Translations under genes and position numbers: made by a program
Source of the DNA: Abditibacterium sp.
GTDB taxonomy: Bacteria > Armatimonadota > Abditibacteriia > Abditibacteriales > Abditibacteriaceae
Assembly (NCBI GenBank): GCA_965246885.1
Contig: OZ251992.1
Location: 320,001 to 384,000, forward strand
Reading direction: 5' to 3'
Length of the DNA stretch: 64,000 nt
In this document: piece by piece, positions 1-10,516 of the stretch
Numbering within the stretch: position 1 is the first letter of the stretch
Layout: the number at the start of each line of letters is the position of its first letter
Notes under the pieces: generated by a model
What the model was told of the DNA's origin: nothing
Seen by the model: the letters and a program-made list of their open reading frames with translations, nothing else
Databases searched by the model: none

Positions 1-2
1 CT

Positions 3-1589
3 TTTGGCGATGAAGCGCGCATTCACCAGTTCGGAATGCAGTTGGACGAAACGCAAATTTTTCAGGGCCAAGCGTGGCCGCGCGCCGCGTTCGTGCCCGA
101 AGTGGCAGCGATGAAAGCGTGCAAGTTCAAGCAGTTCACCGACAACTTTGTCCGCGTGAATTCGACGCCGGGCAACCTCGCATGGAACGACGACCGGGCG
201 TGGCAAAACGCGACGACCACGCTCGGTAACTTCGCGTGGTTCGCCAAGCAGGGCGGCTTGAAAGGGATATTCTTCGATCAAGAAACCTACGCTTCGCCAC
301 TTTACAAATACCAGCCGACTTCGGGCTTATCGTGGGAGGAAACGAATCGTTTGGCCCGCAAGCGCGGCGCTCAGGTGATGCGCGCCATCGGCAAAGAGTA
401 TCCCGACATCACGATGATGTATCTGTGGTTCATGACGCGCAACATGTCGACGGCGCGTGGCGGCAACGTGCAAGAAGCTCTCAAGACAGATAATTATGGC
501 CTATGGCCCGCCTTCGCTAACGGAATGCTCGAAGCTGCTCCCCCACAAGCGAAATTCGTGGACGCGACTGAAGAGGCTTACTACGCGCGCAACAAAAGCG
601 ATCTGCTCGACCTGTATAACGCGGTGCGCAACGACAACAGCCCGTTGCAGCGTTTGGTGTCGCCGGAACTGCGAGCCAAATACCGCGCTCAGGTGCAGGC
701 CGGTCAATCGGTTTATGCTGATGCGTATTATTCAAAGCCCGATTTCGAGTTCTATATCGGCCCCAAAGAGGGCGGCACGGAACTCGACAGATTGCGGGAG
801 ATGACCCATTTCGCGCTTGATGCGTCGGACGAATACGTGTGGTTTTACAACGAGAGCGCGAAGTGGTGGCCGGTTGATTATTACGTGGACTCGCCCGCCA
901 ACAAAACGTGGCGCGAGGGACTTTTGCCCAAAACCATCGGTCAAGGCCGCCCCATCGAACAGGTGCTACCGGGTATCACCCAATCGGTCGCGTGGGCCAT
1001 CAACCCGAACAAAGAATCGCTGCACATCGTAAGCGAAAAGATGGAAACCGGCGCGCTGCCGGGGAATCTGGTGGCGAACCCGACCTTTTCAGACCAAGCG
1101 CCAGCGACAGTTGCGGCAACGCAAGCCGATTGGAAAACCGGCGCGGTGCCGGGTTATGCCAGTTGGCAAGACGACAAGTCAAAGGGCATTTTCGAGCTAA
1201 GCAAAGAAATCTCGAACGGCGCGGACGGAAGTGCCCTCGTGCGCGGCGTGAGCGCGGGGTGCCTCATTCAGCGCGTCCCGGTTAAGGCCGGTCAGCAATA
1301 TGTGGTGTCGCTCGACGCACTGCAAAAAGGCAAAGGGATTCCGCGCTTGCTCGTCCGTTGGGGAACCGACGCGGCGAACATGATCTACCAAGACGAGCAG
1401 GTTTATTCCTTCGACACCAAAGCTGAGAACGGCTGGAAGCGCGCGGGCGGCGTGTTCACGGTTCCCGAAGGAAAGACCTACGCCGTCGCGCTGTTGTTGG
1501 TGGATGGCCAAAGCAACAAAGACGCCGACCGGATTCACTTCGACAACTTCAATATCGTTCCTCTGGAAACGCTCCTCAACCCGAAATGA
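3..1589 (+). CDS. 5'-truncated uncharacterised glycoside-hydrolase-like protein with C-terminal carbohydrate-binding (CBM4/9-like) domain
   Basis: Frame is open from base 3 to the ATG at 36, so the gene probably starts upstream of the window. Motifs GLKGIFFDQETY and SDEYVWFY; C-terminal NLVANPTF...HFDNFNI jelly-roll pattern. Confidence 0.6.
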   Translation, partial: FGDEARIHQFGMQLDETQIFQGQAWPRAAFVPEVAAMKACKFKQFTDNFVRVNSTPGNLAWNDDRAWQNATTTLGNFAWFAKQGGLKGIFFDQETYASPLYKYQPTSGLSWEETNRLARKRGAQVMRAIGKEYPDITMMYLWFMTRNMSTARGGNVQEALKTDNYGLWPAFANGMLEAAPPQAKFVDATEEAYYARNKSDLLDLYNAVRNDNSPLQRLVSPELRAKYRAQVQAGQSVYADAYYSKPDFEFYIGPKEGGTELDRLREMTHFALDASDEYVWFYNESAKWWPVDYYVDSPANKTWREGLLPKTIGQGRPIEQVLPGITQSVAWAINPNKESLHIVSEKMETGALPGNLVANPTFSDQAPATVAATQADWKTGAVPGYASWQDDKSKGIFELSKEISNGADGSALVRGVSAGCLIQRVPVKAGQQYVVSLDALQKGKGIPRLLVRWGTDAANMIYQDEQVYSFDTKAENGWKRAGGVFTVPEGKTYAVALLLVDGQSNKDADRIHFDNFNIVPLETLLNPK

Positions 1590-3301
1590 AGATGTTGCCT
1601 CTTGTTACATGGGGAGCGGCTGGACTGCTGTGGGTCGCTTCCTCTTGCGCTGTTGCCGCTCCCGCCTCGCCGCGAACGCCCGCGCCTCTTTCTGCGCTTA
1701 TCGAATATGGCGATGACGCGCCCACGCCCGCATGGGCGCGCGACCATGCCCGCGAGATGCAGTCGCGCCCTTTCGAGGGCGTGGCTTTGCGCTGCGAGGG
1801 TGGTGCGGCGCTTTTTACGCATCAACCGTTAAAAGCGGGCGCCTTCGCGTCCGACTCAAAGGCGTTGCGCGAGTTTCAAGGCGGAAAGTTGCGCGCCAAT
1901 TTCTTGATCGTCGAGATGGGCCGCGAGCGTGGGTGGAGCTTTGAGAACGCCTCCGATGTGCGCGCGATGGAAGAAAACGCGCGGCTTTATGGGCAACTAA
2001 TCCGCGCGGGACACCTGCGCGGTGTGCTATTTTCCGAGCGGCCTTGGGGCGTGGACGTGCCTTGGATAAAATCCGAACGGGACGGAGATTTGGGCGCGTT
2101 GCAGGGGGCGTCGCGTCAGGCTGGAATGCGGTTCTTTCGGGCGCTGCAAAGCGAGATGGTTCCAGTCGAGATGTTGCTGGTGACAGGCAAAAATCGCGGC
2201 GACGCCAACGACGTATTGCCCGATTTTCTGACTGGAGCGCTCGAAGTTGCGCGCTTGCAAGACACCATCATTGACGGTGACGGCTTGTCTTTCGACTACA
2301 CCTCAGGAGAAAGCCTTCTCCTATCTTACAACCGCCGTCGGAGTCGGGGATGGAAAGGTTTGCCGCCTGAACTGCGGCCCAAGTTTCAACTTGTGGCGCG
2401 CGCGGCGTCGGGCGCTTACGCCGAATGGAACTATCATGCGGGCGGCGATTCTCCCTGGCCAGCCGACAACCCGACGGCGTGGCTTGAACACAACCTTTAC
2501 TATGCCCTCAGCACCTCCGATGATTACGTGTGGCTGTGGAGTGGGGTCTACGACTGGTGGCACAAAGCGCCCGACCCGACCTTGACGGCGACCATCGAAC
2601 GCGCCCGCGCGAAAGTCGAGCAGGGGCAACCGTTGGGATTCGAGTTGGAGCCATATCTTCGCGCCGACCGCGACAAAAAGCGCGCGCAGTTCGCCGCTAA
2701 AGCCAGCATCACCCGCACCAAAGGCGCCGCGCTGCGCATAGGTGGCGAAAGGGATCCACTCTGGCAAACGCTTCCTTCGCTGGGCGCATTCCGCGCGCTG
2801 GGAAGCTCGGCGCCGCTTCAACCCCAAGAGCAAACTGAGGTGCGCGCCTGCTATGACGACACGTTCTTATATCTCTCCTTCACCTGCCACGAACCGGACA
2901 TTTCCCAGGTTACCATCGCGGGCACCAAACGCGGCGACGCTTTGTGGGAAGGCGATACGGTCGAGTTCTTTATTGACAACCCGGCGCGGGCGCACTCGAT
3001 GTTTCAGGTGATTTTAAACCCCAAAGGCGTTGTGTTCGACCAGATGTTCACGACGGGCACAGGCGGCGAAACCGCTTCCCTCGCGCTCCAAAGCGCGGGT
3101 AGAATCAATCGGGACGGCTGGGCGGGCGAACTGGCCATCCGCTGGGATTCCATAGGCGGCGCGCCCACTCCCGGCCAGACGCGCTATGTCAACATCGGGC
3201 GGGGCCGCACGCGCGCGGCGCAGAAAAGCTCGTGGTCACCCCTGAGCGGCGGCAGCTTCTTGGCGCCCGACCAAATGGGGGTTTGGGCGTTCGCGCCCTG
3301 A
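1586..3301 (+). CDS. Secreted paralog of the upstream protein with C-terminal CBM9/DOMON-like sugar-binding domain
   Basis: Signal-peptide-like N-terminus; ATGA overlap with upstream stop; shared motifs (PDFLTGALE, SDDYVWLW); TEVRACYDDTFLY...WEGDTVEFFID typical of CBM9-like domains. Confidence 0.65.
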   Translation: MKMLPLVTWGAAGLLWVASSCAVAAPASPRTPAPLSALIEYGDDAPTPAWARDHAREMQSRPFEGVALRCEGGAALFTHQPLKAGAFASDSKALREFQGGKLRANFLIVEMGRERGWSFENASDVRAMEENARLYGQLIRAGHLRGVLFSERPWGVDVPWIKSERDGDLGALQGASRQAGMRFFRALQSEMVPVEMLLVTGKNRGDANDVLPDFLTGALEVARLQDTIIDGDGLSFDYTSGESLLLSYNRRRSRGWKGLPPELRPKFQLVARAASGAYAEWNYHAGGDSPWPADNPTAWLEHNLYYALSTSDDYVWLWSGVYDWWHKAPDPTLTATIERARAKVEQGQPLGFELEPYLRADRDKKRAQFAAKASITRTKGAALRIGGERDPLWQTLPSLGAFRALGSSAPLQPQEQTEVRACYDDTFLYLSFTCHEPDISQVTIAGTKRGDALWEGDTVEFFIDNPARAHSMFQVILNPKGVVFDQMFTTGTGGETASLALQSAGRINRDGWAGELAIRWDSIGGAPTPGQTRYVNIGRGRTRAAQKSSWSPLSGGSFLAPDQMGVWAFAP

Positions 3302-3387
3302 GCCAGCGCGAGTTAGTCCGCATCAGGTGGCTGCTTTCGGGTAAATTGAAAGGTAGAACCTAATGCGATCAGGAGCAAGCCACCCCG

Positions 3388-5466
3388 ATGCCAACATTCA
3401 CTTCCACGCCTTCCTTGGAGGAAATTTCTCCTCCCACCCCAAGCAGCCCGGCGCCCGTTTCGCGCGAAGGGCGCGTGGTTTCGGCGCGGGCAGTCGCTTT
3501 GGGGCTAGTGCTGTCGGTGTTGGGCGCGGCACTCAATGCGTGGATGGTGACCATCGCCAACGTGGGTTCGATTGGCGGCGTGCAGTTGCCTTTGGGCGCT
3601 GTGTTCGCGCTCGCGGTTTTGATTTTGGGCATTAACTGGCCGCTTCATGCTTTGAACCAGCGCGGGTTTCGGCTGGTCGCACCGCTATCGCGGGCGGAAA
3701 TGGCGACCATTTACACGATGCTGCTGGCCGCGACGATTCTGTCCACGTCGGGCACGCTCGACTTCTTCGTGACGCTTGGGCCGGGGCTGTTCTATTTTTC
3801 GACGCGCGAGAACGGTTGGGCCGACACCTTCTATCGCTTTTTGCCGCGTCATTACGCGCCGGGGTGGGACGGGCACGTGTTTCAGCGTGAAGTCATTGAC
3901 GCTTTCTATGTCGGCGGCCTTTCTCGCTCACAGATTCCTTGGCACGCTTGGACGCTGATGTTGCTGTCTTGGGGGGTGCTACTGGGGTTGGTGACGGGCG
4001 CGTTTTTCTTCTTGTCGCTGCTGTTGCGCCGCCAATGGATCGAGAATGAGTCGCTCACCTTCCCCTTGCTCGAACTACCGCTTCAGATGGTGGACTCGTC
4101 GGATGAGCGGCCCACGCATTCGGCGTTTTGGACGAACCGCGCGCTGTGGATGGGCGTGGTGCTGGCTTTTGGCGTTCACTTTTTGCGGGGGATGAACCAC
4201 TATTTCCCCGATTGGCCCATTGTTCCGGGCTTTCACGGCCCCGGAGTGGATGTGGAGTTCACCGAGATGCCGTTTCTCGTGCTGGGAAAGATGGGCATTA
4301 ACATCCTGCTCGGCGCCGTCGGCGTGGCTTATCTGCTGTCGCGCGAAGTGTCGTTCTCGATGTGGTTCTGCTTCTTTCTGGTCAAAGCCCAACTCGTCTT
4401 GGCGCAGATGTCAGGGTATCCGCCAAGTAACCTGCCCAAGGATTTGTATTTGGGCCGCCCCACTTTCATTACCCATCAAAGCATCGGCGGCTGGGCAATG
4501 ATGGCCGCGATGCTGTTGTGGACGGCGCGCGGGCATGTGGGGAACATGGCGCGCGCTGCTCTTCGCCCGCGAAGCGCGTCGGCGCTCCTTTCCAACGAAC
4601 CATTTGCGCCGCGCGTTGTGATGGGCGGCCTCGCGCTCTGCGCGTTGGGGACGCTCGGCTGGTGCGTGTATGCGGGCATCAACCCGCTCTTGGCGCTTTT
4701 GTTCTTCGCGCTTTATGGCGCGATGAGCGTGGTGCTGGCGCGACTGGTTCTCGAAGCGGGGATGATTTTTCCGCAGTTCACGTTTTCCTCGTTCGACGTG
4801 CTGACGGGGCTGGCACCGGGCGCGGGCGCGATGGGCGGCGCGAACTTAACCCGCCTCAGCTTTTTGCAGACCTCTTTGTTCGGTGACGCGCGCTCGAACT
4901 CTTTGCCCGTGTTCCTCACGGCGCTCAAACTGGCGCACGCGCAGGGTCTGGACGGTCGCAACACCCGCCGCCTGATGGGAGCGGCTTTGCTCGCGGCATT
5001 GACGGCGATGGCGGTGTGCGTTTTGGTGGACATCTGCGCCCTTTACAGTCACGGCGCGCTCGCTTCCTATAGCTGGTTCACCAAAGACGGGCCGCAAAGC
5101 ACATTTTCGGGCGTCGCCAGTTTGCTGCGCGGCGACAGCGCGCCAAACGCGGGGAACTGGGCGTGGTTCGCCGTCGGCGCTTTCGTGGTGTGGGCGATGC
5201 TGTTCCTACGCACGCGCTTCCTGTGGTTCCCGCTCCATCCGCTCGGATATATTGTCGCATCCGGCTACGCCATTGGCCCGCTCTACACTTCGTTCTTCAT
5301 CGGCTGGCTACTCAAGGTCGTGATGGTCAAATACGGCGGACATGACCGCGCGCAGGCGCTCAAGCCGTTCATGATCGGCCTCATCCTCGGCAACGCCTGC
5401 GCCATGATGCTGTGGATCGCTATCGGCACCTTCGCCGGAAGCTACATCCAATACTTCCCGGCCTAA
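3388..5466 (+). CDS. Polytopic membrane protein, DUF6785/DUF6784-like putative transporter
   Basis: Many TM segments; motifs RRQWIENESLTFPL, WFPLHPLGY, KYGG...PFMIGLILG. Confidence 0.7.
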   Translation: MPTFTSTPSLEEISPPTPSSPAPVSREGRVVSARAVALGLVLSVLGAALNAWMVTIANVGSIGGVQLPLGAVFALAVLILGINWPLHALNQRGFRLVAPLSRAEMATIYTMLLAATILSTSGTLDFFVTLGPGLFYFSTRENGWADTFYRFLPRHYAPGWDGHVFQREVIDAFYVGGLSRSQIPWHAWTLMLLSWGVLLGLVTGAFFFLSLLLRRQWIENESLTFPLLELPLQMVDSSDERPTHSAFWTNRALWMGVVLAFGVHFLRGMNHYFPDWPIVPGFHGPGVDVEFTEMPFLVLGKMGINILLGAVGVAYLLSREVSFSMWFCFFLVKAQLVLAQMSGYPPSNLPKDLYLGRPTFITHQSIGGWAMMAAMLLWTARGHVGNMARAALRPRSASALLSNEPFAPRVVMGGLALCALGTLGWCVYAGINPLLALLFFALYGAMSVVLARLVLEAGMIFPQFTFSSFDVLTGLAPGAGAMGGANLTRLSFLQTSLFGDARSNSLPVFLTALKLAHAQGLDGRNTRRLMGAALLAALTAMAVCVLVDICALYSHGALASYSWFTKDGPQSTFSGVASLLRGDSAPNAGNWAWFAVGAFVVWAMLFLRTRFLWFPLHPLGYIVASGYAIGPLYTSFFIGWLLKVVMVKYGGHDRAQALKPFMIGLILGNACAMMLWIAIGTFAGSYIQYFPA

Positions 5467-5476
5467 CCCTTTCGTC

Positions 5477-6895
5477 ATGTCCTCTTATTCCACTTCCCAA
5501 TCGCTTTTTGAGCGCGCGCAGAACGTGCTCGCGGGCGGCGTGTCCAGCGAGTTCCGCAAGTTCTCCAGTCCGCATCCGCTCTTCTACACGCGCGGCGAGG
5601 GCGCGCGCTTGTGGGACGCCGACGGCAACGAGTATCTCGACTTCACGCTGTCCCAAGGGCCACTCATTCTGGGCCATTCCCACCCGCGCGTGTTGGAAGC
5701 GGTCGCCGCCTCATCCGCGCACGGGCAACTGTTCGCGGGGCAGCACTTGCAAGAGTTGGAACTCGCCGAGAAGCTGCAACGCCTCTTGCCATGCGCGGAG
5801 CTTTTGCGCTTTTCGCTGTCGGGCAGCGAGTGCGACCACATCGCGCTGCGTTTGGCGCGCGCGGCAACGGGGCGGCAAAGGTTCATCCGCTTCGAGGGGC
5901 ACTATCACGGCTGGTTCGATAACGTCGCGCTGGGCGTGACCGGGCCAAGCGTCGAAGCCCTCGGCGCGCGCGAGCACCCCACGCTCCACCCTTGGAGCCA
6001 AGGCTTGCCGCCGCGCCTCGACGAGGAGATGATCGTCTTGCCTTGGAACGACCTTGCCCTCTTGCAGCGCACCGTGCGCGAACACGCGGGGCAAATCGCC
6101 GCTATCATCACGGAACCGGTGATGTGCAACAACGGCTGCATCCCGCCCGCGCCGGGGTTCCTCGAAGGCATCCGCGCACTGTGCGACGAGGCGGGCATCG
6201 TGTTTATTCTCGACGAGGTCATCACCGGCTTCCGCTTGGGGCTGGGCGGCGCGAGCGCGTATTTTGGCGTTACGCCCGACCTTGGCATCTTTGGCAAAGC
6301 GATGGCGAGCGGCTACCCCATCGCTGTCATCGCGGGCCGCCGGTTCTTTGGCGAAGGGCACGCCCTCGCGGGCGCGCCGCTCATGGAACTGATGGCGCAG
6401 GGCAAAGTGGTGCACGCGGGAACGATGAACTCGTGCAATCCGTGCGTAGCGGCGGCTCTGGCGACGCTCGAAGTGCTGGAAGAGGGCGGCGACGTTCACG
6501 CGCGCTTGTTCGCCTTGGGGCGCCGCTTCATGGACGGACTATGCGAAGCGGCGCGCGCGGCGGGGCACGACGACTTTCTGGTGCAGGGGCTGGGGCCGAT
6601 GTTCAACGTGCAATGGACGCCGCTCCCCTCTGTGCGCGACTACCGCGACACACTTCTCTCCGACAAAGGGAAGCTGAACCAGTTCGTCGCGCTGATGGCG
6701 GCGCGCGGCGTGCGCGTCATCGGGCGCGGCCTCTTCTATATCTCCGCCGCGCACACCGAAGCGGACATCGAGCGCGGCATCGAGACGGCGCGCGCCGTGC
6801 TGAGCGACATGAAAAGCGGGCACGGCGGCACCAACGGGACGGCGCCCGCGCGTGATGAGACGGCGGACGTGCTGTCCAATGGGGACGCGCGATGA
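5477..6895 (+). CDS. Class III PLP aminotransferase (glutamate-1-semialdehyde aminomutase-like)
   Basis: GARLWDADGNEYLDF, FEGHYHGWFD, DEVITGFR and PDLGIFGKAMASG (PLP lysine). Confidence 0.85.
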   Translation: MSSYSTSQSLFERAQNVLAGGVSSEFRKFSSPHPLFYTRGEGARLWDADGNEYLDFTLSQGPLILGHSHPRVLEAVAASSAHGQLFAGQHLQELELAEKLQRLLPCAELLRFSLSGSECDHIALRLARAATGRQRFIRFEGHYHGWFDNVALGVTGPSVEALGAREHPTLHPWSQGLPPRLDEEMIVLPWNDLALLQRTVREHAGQIAAIITEPVMCNNGCIPPAPGFLEGIRALCDEAGIVFILDEVITGFRLGLGGASAYFGVTPDLGIFGKAMASGYPIAVIAGRRFFGEGHALAGAPLMELMAQGKVVHAGTMNSCNPCVAAALATLEVLEEGGDVHARLFALGRRFMDGLCEAARAAGHDDFLVQGLGPMFNVQWTPLPSVRDYRDTLLSDKGKLNQFVALMAARGVRVIGRGLFYISAAHTEADIERGIETARAVLSDMKSGHGGTNGTAPARDETADVLSNGDAR

Positions 6896-8517
6896 ACCGC
6901 TTTCTGAACCGCGCGCCGCGCGTCCTTGTCGGTGGCTTGCACCACGAAACCCATACCTTTTTGGCGGGCCGCACGACGGCGGGCGACATCGAATGGCAGC
7001 GCGCCCCGGAGATTTGGGGGCAGCAAGGCGCCGCGACGCCGCTCGCGGGTGCCTTGTCCGTCGCGCGCGGATGCGGTTGGGATGTCGTGCCCGTCCTCCA
7101 CGCCAACGGCGTTTCCGGGCCGTGCGTCGAAGACAGCGTCGTCGAGGCGTGGTGGAACGAGTGGGAGCGCGCCATTGTGCAGCAAAGCGGGCCAGTGGAC
7201 GCCATTTTTTTGGCTCTGCACGGCGCGATGGTGTCGGGGTCGCTGCCCGATGTCGAAGGCGAACTGCTCACGCGCTTGCGCGAGTTGGTCGGGCCGGACG
7301 TCTTCATCGGCGGCGTGCTCGATTTGCACGCCAACTACTCGCCCGCGATGGCCCGCGCCGCCGACGTGCTGGTTTGCTACCGCGAGAACCCGCACACCGA
7401 CGGTTGGACGTCCGGCGCGCGCGCGGCAAAGCTACTCGCGCGCTTGCTCGATGACCCCTCTGACCATGCGCACACGCTTTGCGCGCACGCGCCCCTCATC
7501 TGGGCGCCGCCCGATACGGGCACGGCTCAGGGGCCGATGCGCGCTTTGGAAGCCAAGGCGCGCGCCCTCGAAGCGGGGCACCCCGACTTCTGGGCGGTCA
7601 ACGTCTTTTCCGGCTACTCCTTTGCCGACACGCCTTGGACGGGCGTTTCGTTCTCGGTCGTCACCTCTGGTGACGACGACGAGGCGCGCGCGGCGTTGCA
7701 GGAGTTGTGCGACCAAGCAATGCAGGGCGCGCAGGACATGGAGGGTGACGAACTTTCCCTTGGCGCCGCCCTCTATGACGTGAGCGCCCTCCTGCGTGAC
7801 TCGGCGCGGCGCGGCCCGATTGTGTTGGCCGAACCAAGCGACAACATCGGCGCGGGCGCTCCCGGTGATGGCACCCATCTCCTGCGCGCCTTGCTCGCGC
7901 ATAACTTCGGGCGCCCGCACTCGGCACGCTTTGACGGCGCTCAAACCCCGCTTATCGGCGCCATCTTGTGCGATGCCCACGCCGTCGAACAGGCCCAGTC
8001 TTGGCAACCGGGCGAAGCGCGACGCGTGTGCGTGGGCGGTCAGGTGTCTCCTCTGAGCGGCCCACCCCTCGCGCTGATGGCGACGCGTCTGCACATGAGC
8101 AACGGCGAGTTTGCCCTGCAAGACCGCGACTCGCACATGGCGGCGGCGGGCGTGCGGTTGGTCGAGATGGGGCCAAGCGTTTTGCTGCGCGTCGAGCCAC
8201 AGCCGCGCTCCGGCATCCATAACCGCGCCCTCCTGTTGCTGACGAGCCGCCCGACGCCGCCTTGGGACTTGGGGCAGTGGCGGAGCATGGGCGTTGACCC
8301 GCGCGCCCTCGACATCTTCGTCGCCAAAGCTGCCGTTGCGCACCGGCGCACCTACGACCCCATCGCGTTCGCCTCGTTGCTGGTGAGGACGCCGGGGCCA
8401 TGCACCTCCGACCTGAGCGCGCTCCCGTATACCCACGTGCGCCGCCCGATTTGGCCCCTCGACCCGCTCGACGCCTTCGGCGCGGAAAGACTTTTGGAGG
8501 CGACTGCAACGTCATGA
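6892..8517 (+). CDS. M81-family metallopeptidase (MlrC-like)
   Basis: HETHTF, LALHGAM, DLHAN, YRENPHTD, DNIGAG and C-terminal YTHVRRPIWPLD. Confidence 0.85.
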   Translation: MNRFLNRAPRVLVGGLHHETHTFLAGRTTAGDIEWQRAPEIWGQQGAATPLAGALSVARGCGWDVVPVLHANGVSGPCVEDSVVEAWWNEWERAIVQQSGPVDAIFLALHGAMVSGSLPDVEGELLTRLRELVGPDVFIGGVLDLHANYSPAMARAADVLVCYRENPHTDGWTSGARAAKLLARLLDDPSDHAHTLCAHAPLIWAPPDTGTAQGPMRALEAKARALEAGHPDFWAVNVFSGYSFADTPWTGVSFSVVTSGDDDEARAALQELCDQAMQGAQDMEGDELSLGAALYDVSALLRDSARRGPIVLAEPSDNIGAGAPGDGTHLLRALLAHNFGRPHSARFDGAQTPLIGAILCDAHAVEQAQSWQPGEARRVCVGGQVSPLSGPPLALMATRLHMSNGEFALQDRDSHMAAAGVRLVEMGPSVLLRVEPQPRSGIHNRALLLLTSRPTPPWDLGQWRSMGVDPRALDIFVAKAAVAHRRTYDPIAFASLLVRTPGPCTSDLSALPYTHVRRPIWPLDPLDAFGAERLLEATATS

Positions 8518-9335
8518 ACCTCGGCGAACTTTCTTGGCGCGAAGCCGGACGGAACACCGGCAAGGTCGTCGTCGTGCCCCTTGCCGCCTGCGAGCAGCAC
8601 GGCCACCACCTGCCGCTCTTGACCGACGCCTTAATTGGCGAGGCCATCGTCCGGCGCGCCCAAGCCGAACTGGGCGACGAGGCGCTTTTTGCCCCCGTTT
8701 TGTGGCTGGGCCACTCGCCGCACCACTTGGCGTTCCCCGGCACGCTGTCCGTCTCAGGCGACACCTACGTCAAAGTCATTGAAGACCTCGCTGAGTCTCT
8801 TCTGCGCGGCGGTTTCGGGCGCATTTTGTTCTTCAACGCGCACGGCGGTAACGTCGCGCCCGCCAACCTCGCTTTGAGCAACGTCCAAATGCGCCACGCC
8901 CATGCGCGGCCCGACGCGTATCTGGCGTTTGCGTCGTGGTGGAGCCTCGCGGCGGGCGCCATTCGAGAGGAGATGCCCGAACTGAAGCAAAGCAAGATTT
9001 CCCACGCCTGCGAGTGGGAAACCAGCGTGTTGCTTCACACCCGCCCCGACCTCGTGGGGCAGGAGCGCCCCGCATCGCGCACGCTCCTCGAAGTGGAGGG
9101 GTACCCGTCGCGCTTCTGGGTGGCGGACTACTCCTCCATCAGCCCAGTTGACATCGCGCGCACCATTGACCAAAACTCCGCGTCGGGCGCTTTTGGCTGG
9201 CCCGAACTGGCGAGCGCCAACAAGGGCGAGGCCATCATCACCGTCGCCGCGCGCGAGTTAGCGGCCTTTGTGCGCGAGTTCGCGCGCTGGCCCGCGCATT
9301 TAAGCGCCGAGACCAAAGCAAACGAAGCTCGTTGA
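8514..9335 (+). CDS. Creatininase-family amidohydrolase
   Basis: EQHGHHLPLLTD, FPGTLS, NAHGGN, HACEWETS; ATG at 8514 overlaps the upstream stop (ATGA). Confidence 0.9.
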   Translation: MNLGELSWREAGRNTGKVVVVPLAACEQHGHHLPLLTDALIGEAIVRRAQAELGDEALFAPVLWLGHSPHHLAFPGTLSVSGDTYVKVIEDLAESLLRGGFGRILFFNAHGGNVAPANLALSNVQMRHAHARPDAYLAFASWWSLAAGAIREEMPELKQSKISHACEWETSVLLHTRPDLVGQERPASRTLLEVEGYPSRFWVADYSSISPVDIARTIDQNSASGAFGWPELASANKGEAIITVAARELAAFVREFARWPAHLSAETKANEAR

Positions 9336-9420
9336 CGCGCCCGCCGGTTGGCGTCGCTTTCCGTCGGCGACTGCATGAGAGACGCCCCGCAACCGATGAC
9401 AGAGGGCGGCGAGCGATTCT

Positions 9421-9525
9421 CAGACGTCTGTCACTGCGCCACCGACGTCTGCCATTGAGTCCCAGACGTCTGTCACTCGTTCGCCGCCGTCTGTCACTGC
9501 GCCACAGACGCCTGTCGTTGCATCA
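9421..9525. repeat. 21-bp-period tandem array, family A (core CAGACGTCTGTCAC), 5 units
   Basis: Units cagacgtctgtcactgcgcca / ccgacgtctgccattgagtcc / cagacgtctgtcactcgttcg / ccgccgtctgtcactgcgcca / cagacgcctgtcgttgcatca. Confidence 0.9.
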
Positions 9526-9768
9526 CCGGCGCCGGGGGTTGCGCGAGGGTTATCATTCCGTCTTTCACCCGCTTGCCGCTCTTTTTGAGCGACTTTTTGG
9601 CTTAAACCGTCACATAGATTTGTTGGGGGAGGTGTGGTAAAATAGCCGCGCCCCAATTCTTCTTCCTGTGGGGGTTTGACAACGGTTTTTTATTTTTATC
9701 CGGGAACAGTTGGGGGCGGATGACCACCCCCGAAACGGAGCGAGCGGCTTGAAGCGAGGCGCCTTATT

Positions 9769-10476
9769 ATGCACACCTTATTCTCAGCGCGCAAAGCGTT
9801 CACGCTGCAGGAGATTCTGATTGTCATCGCCATCATCGCCATTCTGGCGGCGCTGCTGTTCCCGGCTCTGTGGCGCTCCCGCGAAGGCGCGCGGCGCACC
9901 GCGTGCCAGTCGAACATGAAGCAGATCGGCCTCGCGCTCGTGCAATACGCCCGCGACTACGACGGCGTCAACCCGCCCCGCTATAGCGGCGCCACCCTCG
10001 AAGGCCCCGACAAAAACCCGCTCAACTGGCGCGTCATCCTTTTCCCCTACGTCAAAAGCGCCGGGGTGTATCAGTGCCCTTCCAACCCCGAAAACGGCGT
10101 GAGCGCCACCAACCTCACCACCGCCCCCGCCGGAACGCCCGACCTGCACGTCTCCTACGCTTGCAATTACAACTCCGGCACCGGCTTGGGCGTGTTCTCC
10201 GACGAAACCGGTACTTTCGACCGCACCACCGACGCCTCGTTCCAATACCCCGCCGAAACCATCGCCGTCGCGGAAACCACCTCGACCCGCCCCGACATAG
10301 ACATGGACGACATCGCCCTCTTCGGCAAGCTCTACGCCGGACACATGGACTTTACCAACTACCTGTTCACCGACGGCCACGTCAAAGCGCTGAGGCCCTT
10401 GCAAACCTACTTCGGCGCGAACGGCCAAATCGTCAACCTGTGGACGCGCGACCACTCCGAGTTTCTGCGCGAGTAG
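9769..10476 (+). CDS. Prepilin-type N-terminal methylation / DUF1559 protein with H-X9-DG motif
   Basis: [24 protein letters not shown]...[16 protein letters not shown] and [15 protein letters not shown]. Confidence 0.9.
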   Translation: MHTLFSARKAFTLQEILIVIAIIAILAALLFPALWRSREGARRTACQSNMKQIGLALVQYARDYDGVNPPRYSGATLEGPDKNPLNWRVILFPYVKSAGVYQCPSNPENGVSATNLTTAPAGTPDLHVSYACNYNSGTGLGVFSDETGTFDRTTDASFQYPAETIAVAETTSTRPDIDMDDIALFGKLYAGHMDFTNYLFTDGHVKALRPLQTYFGANGQIVNLWTRDHSEFLRE

Positions 10477-10516
10477 ACGCCCCCTGCCCCGCTTGTTTTC
10501 CAACCGTTTCACTGCC

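Noticed and set aside
5477..6895. Calling this gene hemL
   Set aside because: The context is catabolic rather than tetrapyrrole synthesis, so only the family-level call is supported.
9332..9656. Small ORFs across the family A array
   Set aside because: They are open only because the 21-bp units preserve frame; there is no convincing start or domain.
9676..9705. Sigma70 promoter from TTGACA at 9676
   Set aside because: No convincing -10 hexamer at the expected spacing.
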